Origin: an uncultured Prolixibacteraceae bacterium
Lineage (GTDB): Bacteria; Bacteroidota; Bacteroidia; Bacteroidales; Prolixibacteraceae
Direction: 5' to 3'
Assembly (NCBI GenBank): GCA_963769925.1
Contig: CAVYOB010000018.1
Coordinates: 19,290-83,289 of the forward strand
DNA: 64,000 bases
This document shows positions 28,711-41,300 of this stretch, piece after piece; the stretch's first letter is position 1, and each line of letters opens with the position of its first letter. The translations under genes and the position numbers were made by a program. The notes beneath the pieces are model-generated. The model saw only the letters and a program-made list of their open reading frames with translations, made no database searches and had not been told where the DNA came from.

Positions 28711-31700
28711 ATGAAAAAAATTTACAAAACAAAGAAAAAAGTATTCTCTTCTCAAAAAGGAAATCGTATTTTCCTGGTGCTCTTTTTGATATTTTTTTAC
28801 GCTTTTACGCTAAAAGCTCAAACCGCAGTGCAGCCATCCGGTTCCGGGACATCTTCCGATCCTTATCTAATAGCCAACGTAAATAATCTTTACTGGATTT
28901 CATCGAGTTCTTCATCCTGGAATAAATACTTTAAACAAACAGCGGATATTGACGCTTCGTCCATCAATGATGAATTCAACAGAGGATTTAGACCTATTGG
29001 TCTAAGCAACCAGTTCACTGGTACTTATGATGGTGATAATCATGCAATTAGCGGAATTCGCGTAAATAATAACTATATATATCCAAACGCTATGTTCGCG
29101 TTGACAGGAAGCGCCGCAGTCATTAAAAATCTGAAACTGAGAAATGTATATGTTACAGCAACCGATATCGATAAAACTACTTTCGGGGCACTCGTCGCAG
29201 AAAATCATGGAACTATTACCAACTGTTCATCAACTGGATTAGTTAAAGGTGAAAGATATTCTGGTGGTCTAGTAGGTAAAAACTATGGCACAATAACCAA
29301 ATGTTATTCCAAGGCAACTGTTGAAGATTTACCAGGAACAAGTCTTGATCAAAGTGCTTGGATCGGGGGGCTGGTGGGCTATAACGAAGGAACAATAAGT
29401 TATAGCTTTGCTACCGGCGATGCATATGGGTTACAATTAGTTGGGGGTCTAGTTGGAGAAAGCAACGGAACAATATCCGATTGTTATGCCACGGGGAAAG
29501 TACATGGATCCGAAACAGGAGCAGCCAATTATTTTGGCGGATTTGTTGGACGTTTAACAGGTGGGAGTATAATAAATTGTTACTCAGTTGGCGGAATAAA
29601 TAGATTTAATCTTAATGGTTATTATCTTAATACGGGTAATTTTAATAATTCACATAATTTCGTGGGTGAAAATAGTGCAGGTACAATAAGCAATTCATTT
29701 TGGTTATATAGTGCCGATTTTGAGGGAAGTTTAACAGGTGCCCAGAGTTTAAGCCAATCAGACATGAGACGTGCAAATCCATTTATAAATGCAGGATGGG
29801 ATTTTGAAATAGAAACAACGAATGGCACCAACGACTATTGGGATATCGATTTATCCCGAGCAATCAACAACGGATACCCATATCTCTGGTGGTTGGATGG
29901 TTCATCCATTTCCGTTTCCACTACTACTCCTACAGTAAGCATCGGGGCGCCCAGTAAAACAATTACAAACACCGGGCCTGTTACATTCGCTGTAACAATT
30001 TCCGCCGCTGCCTCATCAGTATATTTTAACAATTCTAACGTAACACTCAATAAAACAGGTACTGCTGACGCAAGTGTAAGTGTGGGAAATGATGGAGTCT
30101 CAACTTTAAATCGCACCGTCACCGTAAGCAATATTACAGGCAATGGAACGCTCGGAATAAGCATAGATGCCGGAATTGCCTTTAATATTTTAGGTAATTC
30201 AAATACAAGTGCAGGTCCAAGCACAACATTTACCGTAGACAACATTGCTCCAACTGTAAGTATATCAGAACCAAATGACACAACTTCAATAAACGGGCCT
30301 GTGACATATAGCATTTCTTACAGTGGCACTACATCGGTAAACTTAACGGCAAGTAAAATTATGTTGAATAAAACCGGAAATGCCAATGCTGATGTAAGTG
30401 TTATTAATGGTACGACTACAAATCCGATAGTCGAGCTATCTAATTTTTCCGGGGGAGGAACATTGGGGATATCACTCCTTCCTGGTACTTCAAGTGATGA
30501 TGCAGGAAATAAGGATGCAGGTGCAGGGCCTAGCGATACATTTTCTGTAATAGACGTGACAATACCTAGAGGAAGTGGGACCCAAAGCGATCCATATGTG
30601 ATATATAAATTTGACAACTTAGTTTGGGTATCAGAACATCCAAACTCGTGGAATAAGTACTTTATCCAAATAGCTAATGTTGATGCTTTTGCCAGTCAAT
30701 ATATAAATTTCACACCAATAGGAAACAGTTCTTTCCAATTTTCCGGCAATTATGACGGGAATGGTTTTACAATAAAAGATTTGTATATAAAAAATGCAGG
30801 CGGCCAAAATATAGGTCTGTTTGGTTATACGAGTTCCATAGCTGTAATAAAAAATTTAAGATTATTAGACGTATACATATATGGAAACAGTGCTGTTGGT
30901 GCTTTGGTTGGTTATAATCAGGGTACAATAGATCGATGCGCAGTTAGTTCAACTCATAATGATTATCCTGCTCAAACCATTTATATATTTGGTCAATCTG
31001 CTCAAGACAGTTATATATTTGGTCAATTCGCAGGCGGATTAGTTGGAGGGAACGTCGGAACCATCACAAACAGTTATTCTATTGCAAAAATAAATTCAGG
31101 AAAAGATTTTCCATATGCAGGTGGTTTTGTAGGTGCCAATTCTGGTACAATTCGTAATTGTTATTCATCAGGAGCTGTAACTGGAAGTGCTCCTATAGGT
31201 GGTTTTACATCATTTAATAACGGCAGTATAGATAGTTGCTTTTGGGATACAGAAACATCAGGGCTTACCATTAGCGCTGGAGGCACAGGTAAAACCACAG
31301 ATGAAATGAAAGCCCTTTCAACGTTTATTAATGGCGGTTGGGATTTTGCGGGACAAACCACAAACGGGACAGATGAAATATGGTATCTGGATTCCTTAGT
31401 GAACAGCGGATACTCTTTCCTGAACAATACGGTTAACACAATCTCGGCCGATTCAGTTGAAGTTGCTTCCGCAAAATTAAAAGGCCTTATTGGAGATAAT
31501 CTGGATACTATAGTTACAGAACGTGGCTTTGTTTATTCCTCGGCAGATACTTTACCCAGGATGGGAGAAAGTGGGACAACAAAGGAAATTTCTGATAGTG
31601 GCGCCGGGTTTTTCAGTAAAAAAGTCGGCTCTCTGTCTCCCGAAACTAAATATTATTATCGGGCTTATGGAATAAACGAATTCCCTTACCAGTCTTATAG

Positions 31701-34700
31701 AGAAATTGGGGACCAGGCTTTTGAGTTAGTCGAAATTTCAAGAGACACTATTTACGGGGATGTAGTCAGTTTTATCACCTCCAACAATCTTCCAGTGGCT
31801 TCTTGCGTGGACACCACCGTTTACCTGGATGTAAATGGGTTAGCTGCAATTGATTCTTCATACATCGACGGAGGATCAAGCGCTATTGCCGGGCTTGTTT
31901 CCATGAGTGCATTTCCAAATACCTTTGATTGTTCCAATGTGGGCACAAATACCGTTACACTTACTGTAACCGATGTTAACGGAAATACTTCTACATGCGA
32001 TGCTACCGTTACGGTGAAAGACACTACCCCGCCAACTGCGGTTTGCCAAAATGTAACCCTTTATCTGGATGATTTGGGAAAAGCTTCGGTTACCGCTGCA
32101 GATGTGGACAACAGTTCTTCGGATAATTGCGGGATTGACACGATGTGGATTGATAAAGCTGATTTCACTTGTGCTGATGTTGGAGATCATCCCATCAAGC
32201 TTACGGTTAAAGATGCCAGCGGAAACCTCGATTCCTGCCAGGCTACGGTTACCGTTACCGATACAATAAAACCGGTAGCCAATTGCCAGACTGTAATCGT
32301 TTATCTTGATGCAAATGGAAGCGCGTCTGTTACTGCTGATCAGGTGGATAACAGTTCTTCAGATAACTGCGGAATTGCCTCAACGAGTGTTTCTCCAAAT
32401 ACTTTTAACTGCAGTAATGTTGGTGACAATGCAGTTACACTTACGGTTACCGATGGCAGCGGAAACTCTGCTACCTGCAATGCTAAGGTTACAGTTGCCG
32501 ATACCACAAAACCGGTTGCAAGTTGCCAAAATACTTATGTTGAACTTGATGCCCACGGGAATGCTTCAATTACCGCTGCGGATGTAAATAACGGTTCATC
32601 CGACAACTGCGGTATTGCTTCAATAAGCGTATCTCCAAATACGTTCGATTGCGGTAATCTTGGTCCAAATCCGGTTACACTTACGGTTACCGATGCCGGC
32701 GGAAACACTTCAACCTGTGAAGCTACTGTTGATGTAGAAGACAATCTTGAACCAGTTGCCCGTTGCCAGAATGTGACCATTTATCTAGATGATACAGGAA
32801 AAGCTTCGCTTACAGCGGCAGATGTTGATAATGGTTCTTTCGATAATTGTGGAATTACTTCATTGTCGATAGATAAAACTGATTTCACTTGTGCCGATGT
32901 TGGGGACAATCTTGATGGACTTAAGCTGCGATGGATGCCAGTGGAAATTTAGATTTCTGCGAAGCTACGGTTACTGTTTTAGATACAGTAAAACCGGTAG
33001 CAATTTGCCAGAATGTTACCGTTTATCTGGATGCTTCAGGAAGCGCTTCTGTTACTGCTGACCAGGTAAACAATGGTTCTTCGGATAACTGCGGAATTAC
33101 CTCAATGAGCGTTTCTCCAAATACTTTTGACTGCAATAATGCTGGTGACAATGCGGTTATACTTACTGTTACCGATGCAAGCGGAAATTCTTCTACCTGC
33201 AACGCTTCAATTACTGTTGCAGATACAGTGAAGCCGGTAGCTAATTGCCAGGCTGTAACTGTTTATCTGGATGAAAATGGAAGCGCATCTGTTAATGCAG
33301 AACAGGTGGACAACGGTTCAACTGATAACTGCAGCATTGCTTCAATGAGCGTGTATCCGAATACGTTCGACTGTTCAAATCTTGGTGACAATGCAGTTAC
33401 GCTTACTGCAACTGATGCAAATGGAAATTCTTCCACCTGCAATGCTACGGTTACCGTTGCTCTGCGCCCGACAATTGTTACGATAAATGCTCCTCTATCG
33501 GGCACATATTCCAATGAGGTAACTTTATCGGCAACTTTAACCGATAATTTATCAGGGCAGGGGCTTGCAGGAAAAACAATAAACTTCCAAATGGGTACGC
33601 AATCTGCTTCCAGGACAACAGGATCAGATGGTACTGCCACTGCAACCATAGTAATCGATCAGCCGGTTGGAGATAAAGCATATTCAGCATCTTTTGCAAA
33701 TGATTGCCCTTATGCAGCCAGCACAGGAAATGCAACATTTACTGTTAAAAGGGAACTGGCATGTTACGATTATACCGGCCCGCTATATTCAGCTACATCA
33801 GGGGTAAACAGCAGCCAGGTAACTTTGCTGCTCACTGCAACAGTTTATGAATCGGATAATAGCTCTCCGGGCAATATTGAAAATGCAACAATACAATTCT
33901 ATGATGGGGATAACAGTCCGATTGGTGGCGTTCTGACGCCTGTAGCAGACCCAAACGATCCTACAATTGGTTATGTTTCGCTGGAGCATATTTTTGATAT
34001 CGGAACCAACCCTGGAGCAGCGAATTACGCGATATCTTTAGTAATTGGAGGAGATTATTCAAACAATGTAAATTGTTCCGGCGAAGCTGTTCTTAATATT
34101 TATACACCAAACGGAGATTACATTACCGGTGGAGGTTATTTAAAAGAAAATAATTCGTACGGTGAATATGCCGCCGATAGCGGGTCAAAAATGCATTTTG
34201 GATTTAACGTCAAGTACAATAAGAAGGGAAAAAATTTAATTGGAAAAATGACGGTTATTTCCCGTAAACTTGAAGCTGACGGTATCGTTCATTCATACCA
34301 GTTTAAAACGAATGCCACACAGTCGCTTGGTATTAATACCAGTGATCCGGGAGGTTGTGATTACGCTGAATTCACAAGTAAAGCGAGCCTGACCGATATT
34401 ACCGATCCATTAAATCCCATTATTATCAGTGGAAATCTACAACTGAGAACGACAATAACCGATTGTGGAAATCCCGGTAAAAATGATTTGATTGGAATAA
34501 CTATTTGGGATAAACACACTTTAATGTTTTCATCGAATTGGACCGGGACAGAAACCGTTGAACAGTCACTTGATGGCGGAAACCTGAAGATACAATCCTC
34601 TTCAGATGTGGGAAGTAACAAATCTGCTACTATTGATGTCCGCACAAATCCAATAGACGGGTTTAATGTGAAATTGTATCCCAACCCTACCAAGGGAATT

Positions 34701-34904
34701 GTTACACTGGATTTTAATTCGAACCAGGTTCAAAATGCAGAAATACGAGTTATTAGTATTACTGGCGCGGAAATATTCAGGAAAGAATATAAAATGACAG
34801 GTAATATCCAGTTGGATTTGTCGAACCAGGTTAGCGGAATGTACACCATTTCCATGAATCTGGATGGACAACAGTTTTATCGAAAACTTATCTTAAATCA
34901 GTAA
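28711..34904 (+). CDS. Giant T9SS adhesin-like protein (two GLUG regions, Ig/FN3, HYR-like repeats, CTD); frameshift near 32910-32930
   Basis: GSGTSSDPYLI, GGLVG.N.GTI..CY.TG.V repeats; seven P.A.CQN.TVYLD..G.AS..A..VDNGSSDNCG-type repeats continuing across both ORFs; CTD LYPNPTKG. Confidence 0.85.
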
Positions 34905-34915
34905 TAATAGAACAT

Positions 34916-34943
34916 ACAAGGGCTTTCGAGCCCTTGTTTTTTT
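34916..34943 (+). terminator. Intrinsic terminator
   Basis: ACAAGGGCT-ttcg-AGCCCTTGT followed by a T tract. Confidence 0.88.
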
Positions 34944-35154
34944 AACCAACATAGTTATATTGATTAAAATCAGATTAATTATTAAAACAGCACTCAAAAC
35001 GATTCTGAAATAATATTTTATTCTTTTAGGTAAAAAAACAAAACACGCTGATTACCAGATGATATGTTTCCTGAATTTTAGTCATTGTTCTTCCTGTAAG
35101 AGTATAATTATATAACATAAAATTCGTAGATTTACATTTAAAAACCAGGAAGAA

Positions 35155-36360
35155 ATGCTGCTTTATCTATCAATAATAGGTATTTTACTTTCTATTATTT
35201 TGCTTTTTTTTAATGCGAAAAAATTTGGCGCAACAACTTATCTTGGATTTTTCTTTTTATTTACTAGTCTTTATGGTTTTTATCAGTACATTTTGCTGTA
35301 TTCAAAATCGGTTACCTTAATCAGCCTTTTTCTTTTTAATTTGTCAATTGCCGGTTCTCCTGTATATTTAATTGGACCGATGTTATACTGGTACACAAGG
35401 AGTGTTTTAACTGATAATTCAAAACTTAGAAGAAGCGATCTCTGGCATTTTATTCCCGCGCTTATCTTTTTTATTTCAGCTTTGCCTAACGCTTTTGTTC
35501 CATGGCACGAAAAAGTAGAGGCAGCTATGTCACTTGTTCAGGATGAGGGATTTATAATGACTTATAAAACTACATTGTTACATAATATTTTGCCTTCATC
35601 TGTGATTTTCCTGATCCGCATTTTCCTGGTATTAGGTTATACAATCTGGTCAATTGGATTATTTATAAATTATTTGATTAAGAAAAAGTCATCTGCGGTT
35701 TTGTCGAAGCAACATTTTATGAAAAAGTGGTTGTGTTATTTACTGGGGTTTTTGTTCGTATTGGTTGTAACCCAGGTTTTTCTTGTTAAGAAAAGTTTTG
35801 AGATGCATTTTTCCGATCTTTTTTTCACACTCAATATTATTCGGGTTATCTCAGCAGTCGGACTTACCGGATTACTTATTTCACCATTTTTCTTCCCAAC
35901 TATTCTTTACGGACTGCCACGAATGCCTGAATCAGATGAACAATTAAAACAGAATAAGGAAAAAACGAATCATAAAAATAAAAGACCAGAACAACTTACT
36001 AATGCTTTTGAATACGATTATCTTAAATCCATCGGACAAAAATCGGATTCTATTATGGAAGAGTTGCAGCTTTATCTGGAATCCGATTGTAATCTTGCCT
36101 ATTTCTCAAAACAAATCAATATTCCGGCTCATCATCTTGCCTACTATTTCAGGGAAATCAAAAAACAACGTTTCAATGATTTCCGAAACAAGTGGCGAAT
36201 TAACCATGCAAAGACTCTCATCCAGGAAGGAAAGGCAAATGAAATTACCCTGGAAGCAATCGGTTCGCTCTCCGGTTTCTCGTCGCGTAACGCATTTATA
36301 ACCGACTTTAAAAAACTTGAAGGAGAGTCGCCAAGCTCGTATGCCGCCCGATTCAATTAA
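35155..36360 (+). CDS. Membrane-embedded AraC family regulator
   Basis: Multiple TM helices (YLIGPMLYWY, LWHFIP); C-terminal FNDFRNKWRI..TLEAIG..SGFSSR.AF..FKK..G.SPS. Confidence 0.93.
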   Translation: MLLYLSIIGILLSIILLFFNAKKFGATTYLGFFFLFTSLYGFYQYILLYSKSVTLISLFLFNLSIAGSPVYLIGPMLYWYTRSVLTDNSKLRRSDLWHFIPALIFFISALPNAFVPWHEKVEAAMSLVQDEGFIMTYKTTLLHNILPSSVIFLIRIFLVLGYTIWSIGLFINYLIKKKSSAVLSKQHFMKKWLCYLLGFLFVLVVTQVFLVKKSFEMHFSDLFFTLNIIRVISAVGLTGLLISPFFFPTILYGLPRMPESDEQLKQNKEKTNHKNKRPEQLTNAFEYDYLKSIGQKSDSIMEELQLYLESDCNLAYFSKQINIPAHHLAYYFREIKKQRFNDFRNKWRINHAKTLIQEGKANEITLEAIGSLSGFSSRNAFITDFKKLEGESPSSYAARFN

Positions 36361-36595
36361 AAAAACTTTCCATTAACCCCTTTTTTGCACCATTTTTCAA
36401 AAACAGTACAAGGGTAACCTCCAAAAATTTCTTCATTACTATTCACTTTCCGAATTTTGTTTTGGGTTATATCCACAGCTGAATTCATGAGATGGTCATG
36501 CTAAACTGGAATAAACAGTTCCGTGTGACCGTCTCTGAACAGCGCCTGATTATAACAAAAAACAATTAATACAATTATTAAACGACCGTAATATC

Positions 36596-36736
36596 ATGAA
36601 AATTTTTGCTTTACAAGCGATTCAGTCTTCATTTCTCAACATTAGAATTTCTGAAGATTTTTCACTGATTATTTTTCAACGTCAATTTATTATGACCCAC
36701 CTGTTTTGCACTCCTTCATTCAATATGCCACCATAA
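36596..36736 (+). CDS. Possible 46-aa small protein upstream of the adhesin
   Basis: MKIFALQAIQSSFLNIRISEDFSLIIFQRQFIMTHLFCTPSFNMPP*; A-rich start context; no recognised motif. Confidence 0.3.
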   Translation: MKIFALQAIQSSFLNIRISEDFSLIIFQRQFIMTHLFCTPSFNMPP

Positions 36737-36796
36737 CAAAACATTGTTTAAAACCCGAATTAAATTCATCTGAGTTATAACCTTAAATTTAAAAAA

Positions 36797-38351
36797 ATGA
36801 AAACCAAAAATTTACCTCAACTAAAATTATTGCTAGCAAACACAATTTTACGCTCATACAAAATCTTGTTCGGTAAATTAACTGAAGCGATGAATTTCAT
36901 TGTTCCACAGTTAGGAATAATTGCCAGAATCAGGATAAAACAATCGCTATTGCCATTGGCAATGCTTCTGACTATAATGTTGGACCTTTAGCATTCAGGG
37001 ATTTAGCGCGACAAATGACCTGGATTGGACCCGCAGGAGGTGATTGGAATACGGCTTCAAACTGGACAATTCACGTGCCTTTTTCCACAGAAGCAGTTTT
37101 AATTCCGGGAAACAGCAGTGTAGTAATTTCGGGAACAGCGGAATGTAACAACCTGACTATAGAAGCGGGCGCAACAGTCACCAATAATGGCATATTTTCT
37201 ATAGGAAACTCACTGAGCGGTGAAGGAGCATTTATAAATGGTGCATCTGCTAATTTGAATATTGGCGGAGATGCTACCATTACAACGCTGACGGCAACCG
37301 CTGCCGATAATACGGTTAATTATAACGGCGCTGGGAGCACAATCAGTCAAAGGAACAGCTTACTATAATCTAACGATTTCAGGCAGTGGCACAAAAACAC
37401 TGGGAGGGAACTCAGATGTCAGTGGTGTATTAACAGTAAAATCCGGAACAGAACTGGCTTTGGCTACAAATTCACTTGGAGCAACAACACCACCCCAAAG
37501 CGTCGTTCTTGAATGCGGATCTACGGCAGGTTCAGTCATTTCAGGATCAACAGGATCTTTGTACCTGGGTGCTACTACAGGTGACGATGTAACCGTTAAT
37601 AATGCCGGAACCGGGAACAATGAAGCAGTAATATCCTGCCCAGTTGTTTTGGGTAATTTACCACGAAGTTTTACTGTAGCCGATGATGGTACACATGCAA
37701 CTGATCTTACAATAAGCGGTGTTATAAGTGGGCCAACCGCATATAGTCAAATAAGGTTTAGGCACTGTAATGATTTCCGGATCAAATACTTTCACAGGTC
37801 ATACAACTATTTCTAAAGGAACACTTAAATTGGGATCAGCAGGAGACGGCTCTAACTCTCCTTTAGGTCAGGTAGCCTCTTCACATACAGCTGTTACTCC
37901 CGGGGCTGTATTGGACTTAAACGGATTTACATTGAGTACTGCAGAACTATTATGGTTATATGGAACAGGTATTTCAAATGGGGGAGCATTAATCAACAGT
38001 TCAAATGATCCCGTAATTTACAGTGGTGAGATCAATCTCCGCGATGCAAGCAATATTATTGGCACTACAGGAAATATCACCGTTTCAGGATACAATTTCA
38101 CAAGAGTATGGCGCCAGGCCTCTGACAAAAGTCGGAGCAGGTAAATTAATCTTAACTGCAAATAATACTTTTTCAGGCGGATTAATTATTGCAGCAGGAA
38201 CGGTAGAATTAGGCGCTGCCGATGTTCTTGCTCACACAAACAATAACCTTGAACGGGGGAACTTTCAGCACGGGCGCAATAACGGGATTCAATGAAACGG
38301 TTGGTACCCTTAGGTTATACGATAACTCAAACCTAAATCTGGGGACCAGAT
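36797..38351 (+). pseudogene. Multiply frameshifted 5' part of the giant adhesin, containing autotransporter-associated beta-strand repeats
   Basis: Collinear fragments: signal-like region, WIGPAGGDWNTASNW, ISGSNTFTGHTTISKGTLKLG, LTKVGAGKLILTANNTFSGGLIIAAGTVELG. Confidence 0.8.
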
Positions 38352-41300
38352 GTGCATTCATTACACTTTTCTGCAAGCAACGGGGTAAGCTGGACGGCAG
38401 ACAAAACGCTGACCATTAAAGGCTGGGAAGGCACGGCCGGTTCATCGGGCACTGCAGGGAAAATATATTTTGGAGCTTCAACAGGCACTTTAACCGCCAC
38501 CCAATTGTCGCACATTACTTTTGAAGGATATGGCGGAACTGCGATTCTTTTAAGTGATGGCGAACTCGTTCCAGGTGCACAACCTACCATCACTCTTACT
38601 CCCACCACCCTCTCAGGCTTCACCTACGTTGCAGGCAGTGGCCCATCAATCGAGCAGACCTTTACGATAACAGGCTTGAATCTAACCAGTGACGCAACCA
38701 TTACCCCATCAACTAATTATGAAATATCTAAGGGTTCTGGTGAAAATTTCATCCCTGTATCAAGTATAGAATCTAACTTCAATGACTTAAACACGGGTGG
38801 TTCGCAGATTATTTACGTGCGTCTCAAGTCTGGTTTGCCTGTTGGCGATTACAATAACGAAGAAATTACCATTACCTCTACCGGGGCAGAAACAAAAACC
38901 GTGACTTGCAGTGGCACTGCAATTGCACCTCCCACCCTCACTGTTAATCCCATCTCCCTTTCTTTCAACTATGTTGAGAGCAGCGGCCCATCGCAATTGA
39001 TGTCGTTTAATGTTGGTGCGGCAAATCTAACCCATAATTTGATAATTTCTTCTACCAACACACATTTTGAAATTAGCGCGAGTTTTTCACCATTCACTCC
39101 GGAAGATGTAATTCAATTAGCCCCAGATTATATGAACGCTGCCACCTTAAAAACCTTTTTCGTCCGACTCAAGGCTGGTTTGACCGCTGGTAATTACAAT
39201 ACCGTAATTAACATAACCTCTGAAGGGGCAGAGTCAAAAACCGTGACTTGCAGTGGTGAGGTAATCCCCAGCATATTAATCACAGAACATCCCTCAACCG
39301 TCGGCCAAACCATTTGTCTGGGAGCTACGGCCAACACGTTATCAGTAACCGCCACCGGTGATGAGCTGACTTACCAGTGGTACAGCAACAAAGCACAATC
39401 AAACGACGGAGGTTCATTAATTGATGGAGCCACCAACTCTTCATACACCCCTTCAACTGCTTTGGCCGGCACTTTATTTTATTACGTGGTAGTTAGCGAT
39501 GCTAACAACTCGGCTACCAGCAATGTATCGGGAGCAGTGATTGTTAATGATCTTCCATCAACGGCAACCAATCCCAATCCTGCAAATGGGGCAACTGGTG
39601 TGTCTTATACAGGTTTAGATGCTGTTTCATTTGTTTCGTGGGATGCAGTTTCCAGTGCAACATCGTACGATGTTTATTTCGGGGAAGGTAGTTTGCCAAC
39701 ATCGTTTACAACAGTTAATACAAATTCGTATTCAACCGGTACACTTTCACCTGGCACAACCTATTACTGGAAGGTCGTTCCTGAAAATGAATGTGGTAAG
39801 ACAACAGGAACACCGGCTGAATGGACATTTACCACCAGCGGTCCCACAATAACAGTTTCAGCTGCTTCCTTCGATTTTGGGGCGGTTTGCTTAAACTTCA
39901 ACTCGTCAGAACAATACTACACGGTTTCAGGTAGTGGTTTAAACGCAGATATTGTAATTACCCCACCTGCAGGATTTGAAATATCAAAAACCTCAGGCTC
40001 TGGTTTTTCCAGCACTCCCATTACACTTATACAAACAGGTGGAAGCGTCGCATCAACACCCATTTATGTAAGGTTTTCACCAACCAGTGCTGGCAGTGCT
40101 TTAGGTAATATTATTCATACATGCACGGGAGCCACTATTAAAAATGTTGCTGTCACAGGAACCGGAATGACTGCTCCTGTAGCCGATTTTACAGGATCAC
40201 CAACTACTGTTTCTGCCGGCGGTAACATAACCTTTACCGATAATTCAACCAATACACCAACTTCATGGTCATGGTCATTCCCCGGTGGAACACCTGCAAC
40301 AAGTACCAATCAGAATCCTTTGATAACATACTATTCCGCTGGCATATATAGTGTATCGCTTATTGCTACCAACAGTTGCGGTTCAGATACAGAAACCAAA
40401 ACTGAATACATCACGGTTAGTGAACCTGTTAAAATTTATACTACTCCAGGAGGGTCAACATTCACAGTTCCGGATAATGTTTACCAAATAACTGTACAAG
40501 TGTGGGGCGGCGGAGGTAATGGAGGAGCCGCAACAGTACATTTGGGTGCTGGTGGTGGAGGCGGTGGAGCTTATTCAAGCAGTAAGCTAAGCGTTATTCC
40601 CGGGGAATCTTATGATCTTTGGGTTGGACAGGGAGCAGTTTCGCTGGCTAACGGACAAGATTCGTGGTTTGGTTCAGTTACGACAGTTATGGCAAAAGGA
40701 GGTGAATTCGGAGGCGCTAATTCCATTACACCAGGGAAAGGTGGATCAGCCGATATGGGCTATGGAGACATTAAGTTTAAAGGAGGTGATGGTGCAGGAG
40801 GAAGTTCAAGCAACTCCGGTGGAGGAGGCTCATCTGCCGGGACAAATGATCCTGGAAACAGCGCTACAAATTATCAGGGTGCTGAAGCGCCCGAAGGCGG
40901 CGGGAATGGTGGAGACGGAATTAACGATGGAGTACCACATGCTGGTTATCCAGGATCAGTTCCTGGTGGTGGAGGAGGTGGTCCATACTGCGATGGAACG
41001 GGACTTCAACTCGGTGGAAATGGCGCTGACGGTGCAGTAATTATTTCCTGGATACCAGCCGGTGGGTGTACACCACCCGATGCCCCGACAGCTGAGGCAC
41101 AATCTTTCTGCAGCAGCGAGAGCAATTTGGTCAGTGACCTGTTTGCATCCGGAGCGGAAGGTGCTACCTTTAACTGGTATGCTGTTTCAGTAGATGGCTC
41201 TCCACTTAATGAAACGGATGAGCTGTCAACAGGAACCTATTACGTAAGCCAGACTGTTGCTGCGTGCGAAAGCGAAAGAACAGCAGTTGATGTCACCATA

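Noticed and set aside
29835-33649. Antisense ORFs of 60-160 aa inside the adhesin (and similar ones inside other long genes)
   Set aside because: Shadow ORFs arising from codon bias on the coding strand; no motifs or start context
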